Origin: Antedon mediterranea
Lineage: Eukaryota > Animalia > Echinodermata
NCBI RefSeq assembly: GCF_964355755.1
Contig: NC_092670.1
Coordinates: forward strand, 24,414,795-24,478,794
Length of the DNA: 64,000 nucleotides
Reading direction: 5' to 3'
Under the pieces are notes generated by a model. The model saw only the letters and a list, made by a program, of their open reading frames with translations, had not been told where the DNA came from and searched no databases. Positions within the stretch are counted from its first letter, which is position 1. Every line of letters begins with the position of its first letter. A program made the translations under genes and the position numbers. Of this stretch, positions 40,101-51,800 are shown piece by piece.

Positions 40101-40294
40101 AAAATATTTTAAAACAAACTTCCAGAGTCAATAATTTAATGTTAGAGAATGGGTACCAGCAACATGTTACATGTTCAACTACGGAAAACAATACATTAAT
40201 TGATCATGTTTATAGCAAATGTCTAGACTCATTACAAGCCAAAGTGATTCCAATTTATTATAGCTATCATGAGGCAATTCAAATTAAATTTTAG
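34094..40294 (+). CDS. Helentron RepHel: OTU C-half, DUF6570-like region, HUH-Y2 Rep, Pif1-family SF1B helicase, C-terminal APE/EEP endonuclease
   Basis: OTU GTW..TEI..A and HFD. Rep motifs FFLSFSSAD, RIEFQMRGSPHVH (~36719) and YLVSYMSK. Helicase motifs GGAGTGKS (38363), IIDEISMV, GDFYQLPPV, QFPLKLAYACTVHKVQG and GQAYVGLSRV. Endonuclease motifs HNIQGL, LTETWL, GGVAVY, IYRPP, GDFNE, IDHVY and SYH. Confidence 0.95.
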   Translation: MDNGTWASNTEISAMANLLKTDIYSFNDQFLTWQMFSAKKPRIINDVTTDNGMYILYTGNVHFDVVESVDINSNCVQETRKLDVNTSSEKTFSNVEATLMTSGNKRKRIKDQSHDTLEDVIEPKQKQNRNVAGLCSNNDIKTLRRKRKQSEQIKRQNNKIRMRMKRFNENSSIVDAKINKYQTDSVYREEKKRKMKEAQKIKYEEDDYKIQKRKENREKQQKRYRCEPVYNLNIRSKTRQHYNDNCGYRTNKKFKSVLNYKLNETFRQNLKKRRKKMYHNDLLFRQNLKQKLAAKYRKNSKFREILRQKLAAKYRNNSKFRENLRQQLTKKYHSNSRFQQKCKQMFTEKYHGDEGFRKNVVKKSIKHREIRKQKKCKFDFVLENFRETISHGPEYVCCVCFKILFKNQVMKCIKAKYENRTCINEKYLHTCNDKCNKSPRCFLWICFTCHKKMLHGKVPAEASSNNLQLHDIPPELNSLNNLEQHLIGLNIPFMKLMNLPKGGQNGIHGPVVCVPSNTIETVKILPRPKADDQLISVKLKRKLSYKGYYKYKFVNTTNVIQALEYLQDHNKWYFDVAIDEKWHNYLSKENIQSANDNVEDQQTCVENNDEDEVEDRLCGVAFDTSLQPVDRRQNVVDEYFRDIICCAPCENNSPIALLSNESNEAKSFPVLFPTGQPTFHDARDVKITLGRYLQNRLMHIDNRFENNTEFIFYAQSIYELQQILSSISIALRKGSSKKDDFSKLTISDLKNANKIEEILKSDMGYKFLKQIRGTPPYWQATQKDVIAMVRQIGKPAFFLSFSSADFRWKEIMTTLLSQTGDQRNIDELEWTDKCNLLKSNPVTVARMFDKRFHTFLKRVILSEANPIGKVIDYFYRIEFQMRGSPHVHMLVWVENAPVFGLDEDKKIVDFVDKYISCAVPCKIVDPEMNEIVSSVQIHSKKHSKSCKKKGTNCRFNFPRQPSEKTFVMRPIVDKNNDDKDATKQAKELLTKVKDAVSNEETYQKAKELFQSLGITQNAFEDANNCIATEEKIVIKRNPQDVWVNQYNPFLLRAWNANMDIQYITNVYACIIYLVSYMSKSEREMGLLLSHAASEMKEGNEDVGKSLRKLGHVYMNNREVSAQESVYRVCGLRLKECSRKVEFIPVGPNPVRMSLPLNVIKNKPNDDRSPWLPNKIDKYKARPHSSEFNNMCLATFCSNYRIISSSETKGKKQKKNVFHLQNNLGFIQKRTRTGNAIVRYPRFPVNSASEKYFLSILQLFLPFRAEKQLKPPKFQTFEQFYEKGSVKLCGSQLQKVKIIVQGNMKLYEKSADDVEDAQEFLAKFGPQEDAWGLLCPETEKERLDHPKPNVDIDDKKNEFFIPDFGLKNKSSTIECNSSYISRPELNKMIRSLNKKQQQIFYKTRQWCLDKVNGKTPESFYTFITGGAGTGKSHLVNCIYNEATRILGKIMENPDDFSILKLAPTGIAAYNIQGKTIHSALSIPICISLPYQPLGEEKISALRNQLGQLQIVIIDEISMVDQTLLWYIHGRLRQIKQIRNDSPFGNISVIAVGDFYQLPPVMGSSLYTDTLEGSLWIDNFRQIQLDQIMRQKEDNQFALLLNKLRTKEKNDCLSDKDLLTLKSRETGEKCEDAVHIYPCNKQVNEWNKKMLHKTCTNIICIQAEDIVVNSKKEHRKCDTPRKSRKTNLLNYLWIAPNARVMLIKNVDVKKGLTNGCMGYVKEITKHYQNSKPISIKVKFDNNEIGIQLIETFQESIGSKYSRKQFPLKLAYACTVHKVQGMTMNKASVSLKNTFVPGQAYVGLSRVTSISGLTIEHFNPNLIYCDPKIKTCLNKMDSFVGLHCDKEVHDYDFSIMLHNIQGLKQHFVDLQSNQLFMNSSIICLTETWLSQGEDVYDFSIDPYKLYRQARYNSYTNKNRLTSKLKNQAHGGVAVYTKNTFVSRLDICNIDIEVISFLITCPSSVVVSVIYRPPSYDINEFCQNLRKLLEKLHQVNIKSVIMGDFNENILKQTSRVNNLMLENGYQQHVTCSTTENNTLIDHVYSKCLDSLQAKVIPIYYSYHEAIQIKF

Positions 40295-42765
40295 TTAGAA
40301 TATTCCAAAATGACCTTAAATGTTTATATCACATGTCATGATCGAAAATAATAGTTAGGTTACATTAATTTCAAATTTGCGAATAACCTTCTAAACTAAC
40401 TATCCACCTAGTGTGGAAAATATTAATAAAGGGTTTTCATTTATTAATTGTTCAAAAATTAGCTCATTCAATACTGTCCCTTTACAAACTATACAAGTAT
40501 ATTTATATTTCATTCAATTACTTTTATTATTTTTATGAATTGAAAATGAAATGAAAAATCTGTCCAGCTTAAATATCATACCATAAAACTAACTCCAAAT
40601 AAAGAGTGCCAAGCCTTGATTCAACGTTTCGATCTTTATTTGATCATCATAAATATCATCATCAGGTGTAACTAAAAAAACAAACTTATGTTTTAACGTT
40701 GTTTCCCATGCTGAGATTCGATCCCTGTGCGGCTAATAGCAAAGTCGGTGGCACTACACATCGAGCCATAAGGACACCCGTTACATATGTCACGAAGAAA
40801 GATTCCTTGTCCATTTGCTATGCCATGAACCCCTTGATGGAAATAGATTATTACATACCGAATTAAATCATTATACTATGATGGCATTTTCAACAAAATA
40901 AAAAAGTCACATATTGTGACAGTACATACTTTCAAGTTTTTATAAAATAATATTGACGGGAAAAAAGTAAACTACGTTTATTGTTTCACGCTTACAAAAA
41001 AATTGTTATTTTTATATCATTTTATTTAAATGTTTTCCCGTGATGGGATTCGATCCCGGTACCTCTGATACCAAAGTCGGCTGCACTAACACATCGAGCC
41101 ATATGAGCACCTGCCGAAAAAAATCCGAAGAAAGATTATTCGTGCATTCGGTATGTCGTGAACACCGCTCGATGCAAGTTGATTATTACATATCAAACTA
41201 AATCATAATTTTAACTATGAAGAAATCTTCACAAATTTTAAACAGTGACACATTACGAAAGTGCGTATCTTGCGCATTCAAGTACTTTTCAGTTGCGACT
41301 TCTCCAAGAAGTAGCCTATTCAAAATTAAAACTGCCATTTCAGTGTAATAACCAAACAAATCCTTTTATTTAATTGTTTTCCCGTGATGGGATTTGATCC
41401 CGGTACCTCTGATACCAAAGTCGGTTGCACTACACATCGAGCCATATGAGCACCTGCTGAAGAAAATCCGAAGAAAGAGTCCTCGTTCATTCGGTATGTC
41501 GTGAACCCCCTCGATGCAAGTTGATTATTACATATCGAACTTAAATCATAATTTTTACTATTATGAAATCTTCACAAATTTTAAACACTGACATATTATG
41601 AAAGTGCATACTTTCAAGTTTTATATATTAACATGTAAAGAAAAAAGATAAACGTTATGTTTATTGTTTTACTCTTTGAATATGTTTTTTTTTTTGTTGA
41701 TAATTATTTCAAAAATTACATTTAATATGCAAATAATGTAGCTATCAAACACTTTTTAACATTCAAGACTATAATAAATTAGACCTATGATTAATACACT
41801 GCAAGAAAATAAAATAAAAAATGGGGGTAACCTTGCATTCTGATGAACTGTTTCATTTTTAAAAGTAGACATATTTTGCAACATTTTCACAATTTGTTGA
41901 CGTTTTCGTGCGCAACCTGTCATGTTTAACGTGCTCGTAGAACGCCATTTCAAGTTGAAAAGTGAATAAAATAACGTAAAATTGTTAACCGAAGATTTAA
42001 AAACACAAATCGTGTAAAAGAAATGTTCATACGTGTTTCCTGCGACGTGCGCGCGTAAAAATGTGCGCACCAGTGGCAATTTTTTAAACGCTTAAAATGA
42101 CCTGAATCGTGCTCTAATTTAATCAGAAATTGATTTGAAGCATTTTAAAATTTCAAACGCCATTTACGCGCGCACTTTCTATTGTTACAAATTTCGGTAG
42201 CGTTAAAAAAGTTAACTATTGATGTGAAGCAAACGTGGCTGAAAATGACGTTAAAAAATATTCATTTGTTTCGAAGTTATAACCAATTTAAGATTTTCAG
42301 AAAATCACGCGTAACTTACGCTACGCGGCTCTGACATCGTCAAAAAGCTTGGCTGGACAACGTCAGTAAAATGTCTAAATGCTGAACAAGTTACAACATA
42401 TTATGTTTACACGTTGAAGAGAAACAGCGTGCACAAAATAAGAAGAGTAAAATATTTCAAACGCAATTTACGCGAAAACTTTCTAATCTCCAAAAATTTG
42501 TTAAACATTCCAAAAGTTAGCCATTGATGTGAAGAAAACGTGGCTGAAAATTTCGTTAAAAAATATTTATCGGTTTCGAAGTTATGACCGATTTAAAATT
42601 TTCAGAAAATCGCGCGTAACTTACGCTACGCGGATCTTACATTGTCAAAAAGCTTGGCAGTACATCTTCAGTTAAATGTCTATATGTTGACGAAGTTACA
42701 ACATGTTATGTTAACACGTTAAAGAGAAAACGCGTGCACAAAATCCGAGAAAGAAAGAAGAATAA

Positions 42766-44389
42766 CTAGATCTTAAACTCGTCACTTGAGGACGAGTTTG
42801 GTTATCCGCCAGCAACAAAACGTATCTTGCGTATTCAAGTACTTCCAAGTTATGACTTTTCCAAAAAAGTAGGCTATTCGAAATTAAAACTGCCCTTTCA
42901 GTGTAATAACCAAATAAACCCTTTTAATTAATTGTTTTCCCGTGACGGGACTCGAACCCGGTACCTCTGATACCAAAGTCGGTTGCACTACACATCGAGC
43001 CATATGAGCACCTGCAGAAGAAAATCCGAAGAAAGAGTCCTCATTCATTCGGTATGTCGTGAACCCCCTCGATGCAAGTTGATTATTACATAATGAACTT
43101 AAATCATAATTGTTAGTATGATAAAATCTTCACAAATTTTAAACAGTTACATATTATGAAAGTGCATACTTTGAAGTTTTATATATTAACATGTAAAAAA
43201 AAAAGATAAACATTATGTTTATTGTTTTACTCTTTGAATATGTTTATGTTTGTTTGATGATAATTATTTCAAAAATTACATTTAATATGCAAATAATGTA
43301 GCCATCAAACACTTTTTAACATTCAAGACTATAATAAATTAGACCTATGATTAATACACTGCAAGAAAATAAAATAAAAAATGGGGGTAACCTTGCATTC
43401 TGATGAACTGTTTCATTTTTAAAAGTAGACATATTTTGGAACATTTTCACAATTTGTTGACGTTTTCGTGCGCAACCTGTCATGTTTAACGTGCTCGTAG
43501 AACGCCATTTCAAGTTGAAAAGTGAATAAAATAACGTAAAATTGTTAACCGTAGATTTAAAAACACAAATCGTGTAAAAGAAATGCTCATACCTGTTCCC
43601 TGCGCCGTGCGCGTGTAAAAATGTGCGCACCAGTGGCAATTTTTTAAACGCTTAAAATGATCTGAATCGTGCTCTAATTAATCAGAAATTGATTTGAAGC
43701 ATTTTAACATTTCAAAAGCCATTTACGCGCGCACTTTCTAATGTTACAAATTGCGGTAGCGTTAAAAAAGTTAACTATTGATGTAAAGCAAACGTGGCTG
43801 GAAATGACGTTAAAAAATATTCATTTGTTTCGAAGTTATAATCAATTTAAGATTTTCAGAAAATCACGCGTAACTTACGCTACGCGGCTCTGACATCGTC
43901 AAAAAGCTTGGCTGGACAACTTCAGTATAATGTCTAAATACTGAACAAGTTACAACATATTATGTTTACACGTTGAAGAGAAACAGCGTGCACAAAACAA
44001 GAAGAGTAAAATATTTCAAACGCAATTTACGCGAAAACTTTCTAGTCTCCAAAAATTTGTTAAACATTCCAAAAGTTAGCCATTGATGTGAAGAAAACGT
44101 GGCTGAAAATTTCGTTAACAAATATTTATCGGTTTCGAAGTTATGACCGATTTAAGATTTTCAGAAAATCGCGCGTGACTTACGCTACGCGGATCTGACA
44201 GCGTCCAAAAGCTTGGCTGAACATCTTCAGTTAAATGTCTAAATGTTGACCAAGTTACAACATGTTATGTTAACGCGTTGAAGAAAAATCGCGTGCACAA
44301 AATCTGAGAAAGAAAGAAGAATAATAAAAAAAAAAAAAAAAAGTAACACTACAATAACAAGAGCTTATCCGCTTGAGGCGGATAACCAA
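42766..44389 (-). mobile_element. Complete family B copy B7 nested in the autonomous element
   Basis: CTAG/hairpin at 42766, own cap at 44343-44389, followed by a second B cap and two A caps. Confidence 0.88.
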
Positions 44390-44575
44390 TAAAAAAAAAA
44401 AGTAACACTACAATAACAAAGGTTATCCGCTTGAGGCGGATAACCAATAAATAAAGATTTTGACAGAATCAAGAGGTTATATGCATATCATGCATATAAC
44501 CTAATAAATAAATAAATAAAGATTTTGACAGAATCAAGAGGTTATATGCATATCATGCATATAACCTAAATAGTA

Positions 44576-45654
44576 CCGTATATTTCGGTGTACAAGTCGC
44601 ACCTGTGTATAAGACGCACCCATAACGGAGACTGAAATATTAGTATTTTTTATGTATTCGATGCATAAGACGCACTTATTTCTAGGCCGAAATTTAAACA
44701 TTTTACAATCAAAACAATGGTATTTTAATAATAAAACAACGATATTTGAGACATATTTATTAGAATCAAATGATATAATTTTGTTTTGTTGCCTTTATTA
44801 CATCGTAATCAGTCTCTACTTCAACTGAACGTTCAATGAAAAGGGAAATCCCCATATTGTTTCAGTTACGATGCACTGTCTATTTAAGTAACTTTAATTT
44901 CATATTATTTAAATATATACCTTCTTATTGTGTGTATGACCATTATAAAATCAATCCAAATGATGTTCAGTTTTTTGGGCTGATAATGAACCAGGAATAT
45001 CATGTTGGGTAGGCCTATATGAAAATCTTTCCTATTTCCATGCATGCATTACAGCAATATGAGGAGAGGAGAGCACTAACCATGTGCTCCTTGCCTGGTG
45101 GCCAGCACTGTTGGCCATATACACTATGAGATTAGGGGAAGCTACTTAACACAATAACAATACACTCTTTTAGATATCGCTTGACATACGAACTATTGCC
45201 TACATGATTATAAAAATTATGTGATTGTTGACATAGAGATGTAATAAAAATAAACCACCGTGATCAAGGGAAATAGTTATTGTGTAATTAAAATGTGACA
45301 CCACCGTAGTTAATGGACTCTTCCATAAATGTGTTGCGCTGTGATCATCTGCATGCTGCTAGAATACACACCCGCGAGTTCAGAGAGTATTACTAGGCCT
45401 GGGTAGAATATCTAATGCGTACTGTAATATTAATTAATACAGTCGATGATGACAATTTACCTTAACTAAAAATTCAATAAACTTGTTACCACTCTGTGGT
45501 TAGACAGGAGTGAGTAACTAGCTAGGCCTACATTGCAGAGTAGTACACTATTTTTAATTAATTTAAGTATTAGTAGGTAATTAAATTAATTAGGGTAACA
45601 TTTAGAAGTCAAATTTGCGTGTCAAAAGTGCGTCTTATACACCGAAATATACGG
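44576..45654. mobile_element. Tc1/mariner-pogo-type MITE, TA target duplication
   Basis: TIR CCGTATATTTCGGTGTA(C/T)AAG(T/A)CGCAC at both ends, flanked by TA (44574-44575 and 45655-45656). Confidence 0.85.
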
Positions 45655-46119
45655 TAGGCCTACGTACACGTACCAATTTAACTCAGCACCATTTTTATTC
45701 AAGTTTACACAGTGAAATTCTTTGGTTTAATGAAAAATATTTCCAGGAAAAAAATAAAAATCCCCAAAAAGATTGAACTGAACTGAACGTGATCTTGTGC
45801 GTTCCGAAAAGCCCGGCCGAAGCACGCGATTGGTCAGTCCATTTTTCTGTCATATTTATAACCATCATCTCTCAACAATCTCTCGATCTCACGCTCAGCA
45901 GTGACTTTGACATCGGACAATCTGTATAGTCGATCAATTTAAACATAGTCAATAGAAGTAAAATGACCAAAAAATCTGCTAATAATTGATAATTAATTGC
46001 ACGATTTTGGAAGTGGGGCCTTTGTTTTTCAAGGGGGGGGGGGGGGTTCGCTGGTAAAAGGGGGTTCACGCAAAAGGGGAAGTTCGCCCGAACCCACCAA
46101 AAAACCCCTGGCTACGGGC

Positions 46120-48265
46120 CTGTTGTGTTAATAATTTCAGTGCTTTATGCCTACAAAATGTATTTCAATTGATGTGTGTTATATAAATGGTGCTGTTCTT
46201 AATGTTAATTTGTTTTAATTGCTTATTGAATTTAGTAATAATACATTAGTAAATGTATACTATTCAACTCACTATATCAGGCGCGACTGTGTGTAGCGCG
46301 GTCGCAATAATTATTTTGGCTCGTCGTCCATTATTCATAATTTCTGTCCTTAACCTGAACAAAAATAATGCAGCCTTGTGTCTAGTCATATGTTGTATGC
46401 TCCTTTGTTTATTTTTATTTGTGAAAGTTATCTCCTTTTTAGTTATTACCGAGTAAATCAGTTTAATTGTTTTATTTTGTTATATTCTTAAATCTGACTT
46501 TTGTATATTATTGTTTCGTCATCTTAATTCTGGTAAAAGTATACGTACACTTTATGAGAAAAGCACAAGTTGAATGCGTGGCTAGATTCTTCTTAACTTT
46601 GATTGAACATGCGTCTTGTAGTATCTGCTTTGTTATTAATAATTATAATTGAAAAGTGACAATGTTCCTCGTCGTCTTTGATATTAATTTATTGATTTGG
46701 GTTTTAGTTAAATTTAACATCGAGTTCATGTTGTGCATACGCATTTAGATTTTACAAATGATAATTATTTCCTTTTTTCTATTGTAATGTAGAATTAAGC
46801 CTACCGTATTTTGTATGTTACTACACATTCAAATATTATTTTTTAATATTGATTTGGAGTTTGCAGGGTTTTAAGTTTATAATTTGTAATTAGTTCCCTT
46901 TTTGGCCTATTTATTACATTAAACCATTCCGCATCTATCAAATACTACTGATTTGGTTTTACAGAAAAATAAATATAATATGGTCTCCCAGCCCCTTGAA
47001 AAAATATATTTAAATTGTTTGAATAATTATTCTATTTTAATACGACACACTACACAATTGTTATTCATGTTGACCAAAATTGAATAAAAAACAAAAATAT
47101 TTACCTGAACAACCTGTAATTTATAAAGCACAAAAATAGCCTTAAGTGTCTTTCAGATAATGATTTTTATTTAAATGTATATTTTGTCTTTTTAAGTGAA
47201 ATCACAATTTAATAAACTTGATTAAAACTACAAAATGGCCTACTCAAAGTCTGATTTTATTCATCTTCATTTTCCATGTTTTGGGGACAACACATCTTTA
47301 AATTATTTTTAAAACAATATTATATTACACAGAATGAATGAATAAATATTCATAACGGTTAATAGGCCTAACAATCTCAATAAATGAAATTTATGAAACA
47401 ACCGATATTTATTAATAAATTCCACTTTGTATACTTTTGCCCATTTTCGACCAGATCCTACTACATAGTATTTAAAAACAGATCTGAAACGCGAAATGTA
47501 TTCATCTATTTCTCTATTTATTCTATTATTTTGGGGAAACCGCAATGGTATCGTTATTGGAATAAAATGAAGGAAACCCACTAAGATAGGTAATAGTACA
47601 CCATTGGCTAAAAAAATATGAAAATGGATGAGGCAAACTTTCAATAAGAAAGAACTCACCTGAAACTCTCAGCAGGACGAAGAAAATAGCTCGGCCATGG
47701 ACTTATACATTTATAGGTCCTTGTGTCGATCACGAAATAGCCGGGAGATAACGTCAACCAAGATGACACGAAAAAGACTAGATACAGCAGAGAGAACTAA
47801 AAGTAAAATCCGGATCAGAACATTCTGGAAACCGGTCTATACCCCAGGAGGGGAGATTATCGTTAGTATAGATTTCTGAACACGTCATAGCAACGTCATA
47901 AATCGTCTCTGTCACATAATCACATATAGACCTATTTCATGTTTGAATTGAATATTGTAAGTTCCCAGTCCCCCATTCATTGATCTTAGCTCATAGCCAA
48001 TTTCAAACAATTTTACATTGATTATGGAGAAAACCTTGTATTGCTCATTACTTGACCAGTCAACATATCAACGAATCTGTGATAACTAATCTCATCAAAC
48101 CATTTGATAAAAGTAGAGTAAATGCCAATACTTTATAAATCGTTACATTATTATAGTAACTACAAAATAGGCTACCAAGCTTCATTTATTCATTCAAGAA
48201 CATTTAATCATTTCGATAATGGCAAATAACAATACATATGATTAAAACATTTTAAAAACTTACTA
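46120..48265 (+). repeat. Intergenic segment duplicated at 55365-56051 + 60416-61497
   Basis: Colinear shared text such as TGTGTAGCGCGGTCGCA, TTATGAGAAAAGCACAAGTT, GTCATAGCAACGTCA and GATAATGGCAAATAACAATACATATGATTAAAACATTTTAAA. Confidence 0.8.
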
Positions 48266-48833
48266 ATATCGGGTATCTCAAGAAAAACAACATGCAAAAT
48301 GCCATAAAATGATAATAAGTACATCAAAAACATTTCAGATAAAATTGCTTAAACCAGAATTGTAAAATACAAATGTTATCAATAACTTTAACTTTACAGT
48401 GTTACAAAAGATAAATACGGATTTAGAATTTTGAAGATCGTAAGTTTATTCCATATCTGTAACCGTACAACTTACTGCGTTGATATATTGATTCAATAGA
48501 TTTTATGTAATTCTTTACATCAAACGATAATAAATTGAAGAAAGTGCCTTAATAGTAAATAGTAAACGTTACGTTATTAATAAGAAAAATAAAGTTAACT
48601 AAAGTATAGATTTACCTATACAAAACATGATACATCAATTGTTTTCCTGAATAAACAATTTTTATTTGATTACATGTCATTATTTAGATAAATATTAAAT
48701 CTAACATTGGGATATTGAGAGGTAACTTCTTAGTTTCACTTACAAATAAAAGTTTAACTTGCACGCAATTTACATGTAGACATATACACTGTGTAAAAAA
48801 AAATGTCTAGTCAATTTACATAACATATACATA

Positions 48834-51800
48834 TCAAATGTCAACTTTTGTCATCTTAATTTCTTGTTGAAAGTTTGGTTTGCGGGAATTGCAAGTAAAC
48901 ATATGTACGATAGTGTATAGATACGGATTAATGCACGAGTTGATAGGAATTATGAATGATGCCGCCCAAACATATATTTCATCTGGAATGTCCCACCTTT
49001 TCGTCTCTGAACAAATCCCCATCAGTATAACAGGGAACCAGCAACAGAAATCGGTGAAAACTATTATACCTAGTTTCCAAGCCCTTCTTGTTAGATCCTT
49101 TCGTCTTTTTATTTTGTTGACAGTAGCTCCTGATCTCTTAACGGAGACGAAAATTGCAACATAACTCGTTGCGATCACGATAAAACTTAAACCATTGAAT
49201 CCAATAAAAATGGCAATAGCATACTCCCAGCCTGGCCATCGACTTCTTGTTAGCGGTAGTGCAAGACAAACACTCTGTTTCCCATAGTAGTTTTTGCAAA
49301 AATACGATAAATTAATAAAGTCTAATCTGTTTACAAGTGGAAGAAAACTGAAAACAACCCAAACTAACCAGCTAATACCGATAACAATTTTACATTTTGT
49401 ACTGTTTAGCCATTTTGTAGTGAAAGGGTTCACGATGTTAACTGCACGGTCGATGCTCAATATCATCAATGTAGTTACAGAACATTGACCGGAGAGAGTA
49501 GAAATAGCACCGGCAAAGCTACAAAGAAAACTGCTTTTCCAATCCCTTGCAACTTTCGCGTAGCGTCCTCTGTAGTGTATATCTGTACTCGCTATGATGA
49601 TCAGATAAACTGCCATCAGCAAGTCAGACACAGCCAGATTAGTAATGAGCATGGTTTGCACCTTATTAAAATCATTTTTATTGTTGTCCTTGTTATTAAA
49701 CCTTCGTGATAAAATAACAATTCCATTACCAATAGCAGATGAAACACCAATAACCAACATCAATACTCTTAACCCTTCTCGTTTTAGTAAGTCTGCACAG
49801 GAAGAAAAAGTATCTGTTGGTTCGCAGACATCAATGTCACCCACGAGACAACACAGGCTAAACAAATCTGAATATCTAAGAGAATTAACAAACAAAAAAA
49901 CATAGTTGTAAAGAAATGTTATTTTGTACATCTGACGTGCCTCATATATTTTTCAGTTGCATAACAGTTGCATTTAGCAACTACTTTTGTACGGATTGAA
50001 ATCAGCGTAGAAGATGGCAACGAATAGCAAAAGCCTGGTTTCCATAAAATTGCTACACCGTGTCGCCGACAGAGCGTAGCAATTTTATGAAACCAGGCTT
50101 TAGCCAAAAAAGGGGACATTAAAGAGAATCCTGCAAAAATAATTGGTAAGTAAACTCTCTCTCTCTCTCTCTCTTTCAGAAAGTATGGTATTCGGAATGT
50201 GTTTTTAATGGTAAAAATGAATTTGGGACTGTTTGGACTTCAAGAGTTTCTGATTTTCAGAGAGTGCCGTAATGAGAGAGTTGACTGTATTCTTTTAATT
50301 AAAGGTCATGAAATATGAATGCGTGTACAGTTTCAAAAACCATTATTAAATGTAGTAGGTGCTTGAACAGCAATAAACCAGTATTTGTAAGTGTATGTGT
50401 ATCCATGTCCTGTCAATACTTACAGTTCTTTTAATTTCTTCAGTTTTTCAAAAGTTCTATCTCTGTAATTCTGTAAGTTGTTGTTCCTTAAGTCTCTATT
50501 AATATATAAACAACCCGTTAAAAGCACAATGATGTTAACAAGTGAGTCGGCGAGAGATTGCGCAATGAATAATAGTTACAACAATATATTGTTGGTTGGT
50601 AAGTTAATTTTTGCCTGGTACGTTTAGTCGTTGGTACCATGCACACACATGCGCATAGACGATCGGTTATAAAATCTCTATATTTATCCTATTTTATTCA
50701 TACAAGATAGGTTTCGCCATTAAATGTACAAGTATCCGTTTTTTGTTTAATGTACAATATTTGTATTTCAGTTAAGTTTTAAATGAGTTAAATAATTATT
50801 TAATCTATTCCTTTTGTGAATCATTTTGATAGTTTTGATTTTGCATTATATTTCTTTGAAGAACACAATTATATTGTGAACGCGTTTCCGTTATAAAATA
50901 AAAAATACTAATAATAAAGCTATAACAATTAATTAAATATTTATACTCATGTTTACAAAAACAACTTAATGTGTATTAATTAATATTATTGATTATATGA
51001 TTGTTATGCAAACTAGTTCTGCCTTTGACTAAAATACTTCTTAGAAGCTGTACTTTGAAGCAAATTAACTTTGATTCATCTCAAATTGTTTATATATCGG
51101 AAATGCGTATAATTGGTAAAAGGTTCAAAACTTACAAATACAAAAGGGATGAAGTAAAATAGGAAAATGCACCATATTTTATGGTAGTTATGCTGTTTTT
51201 ATTTAAATACCTGTTGAAATAAAAACAATGATTTTAAATGACAATGTTATAATGTCAATGATAGTGGAATTAAGATGATGCGATTTTTAAAATGTATCAA
51301 TGTTACTGGTACATAATAAATACTTGAATTGTACTTATTAGGATTTTTTAAAGCATGTTAATATACAAGTTTATAGGCAATGAAACCACAACTTAAATTG
51401 TCTTAATATGTATGTGTTTTAACAGTTAGTGTGTCTATTAAAAGTAAAACAGAAAACTTGTTATTATTAAATGATGCCATGCATTAATTATAAATGATTA
51501 TGAAATATGTTAATTGGACGTCGAAACAACCAAACATGAAGTCCTAATAAGGCCAACAAAAATGTATTGTGTTGGCCACGTTTTGGCTAATTCCCAAAAT
51601 TGGGTAGGTCGGTAGGAAAAGGTGTTTTTTTTTTTTTTTTTTTTTTAGACCAAAAAATGTGTTGCCGGCAAAAACATAAACAATTTACACATGATAAAAA
51701 AATAATTTTAAAAACACTATTTCCGTGTTATATGCTACATTACGCGAGTTAACATTATTCCAGATGAAAAATATTGAGTTTCATATTGTTTTATCCATAC

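Larger units (their letters stand above)
21245..44446. mobile_element. Autonomous-type Helentron with family-B termini (about 21.6 kb excluding nested B7)
   Basis: B-type CTAG/hairpin/subTIR at 21245. B-type body at 41264-42765 and B cap at 44402-44446. Encloses RepHel-endonuclease and OB-fold genes. Confidence 0.75.
1..44569 (-). mobile_element. Nested array of Helentron (Helitron2-type) elements, families A and B, open at the left window edge
   Basis: 16 element ends read (a)CTAGA + hairpin + subTIR on the + strand, at 606, 2019, 3281, 4536, 6097, 7654, 9205, 10763, 12180, 13655, 15069, 16638, 18052, 19434, 21245 and 42766. There are 17 palindromic opposite ends (caps). The last cap ends at 44569, where unrelated sequence begins. 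Confidence 0.9.

Noticed and set aside
45990-46122. hAT-like terminus (CCCCTGGCTACGGGCCTG)
   Set aside because: No partner inverted repeat or target duplication was found, so no element could be delimited.
49876-49931. N-terminus of the 365-aa GPCR ORF as listed in the ORF track
   Set aside because: It is intron sequence upstream of the splice acceptor at 49876; the true N-terminus comes from upstream exons.
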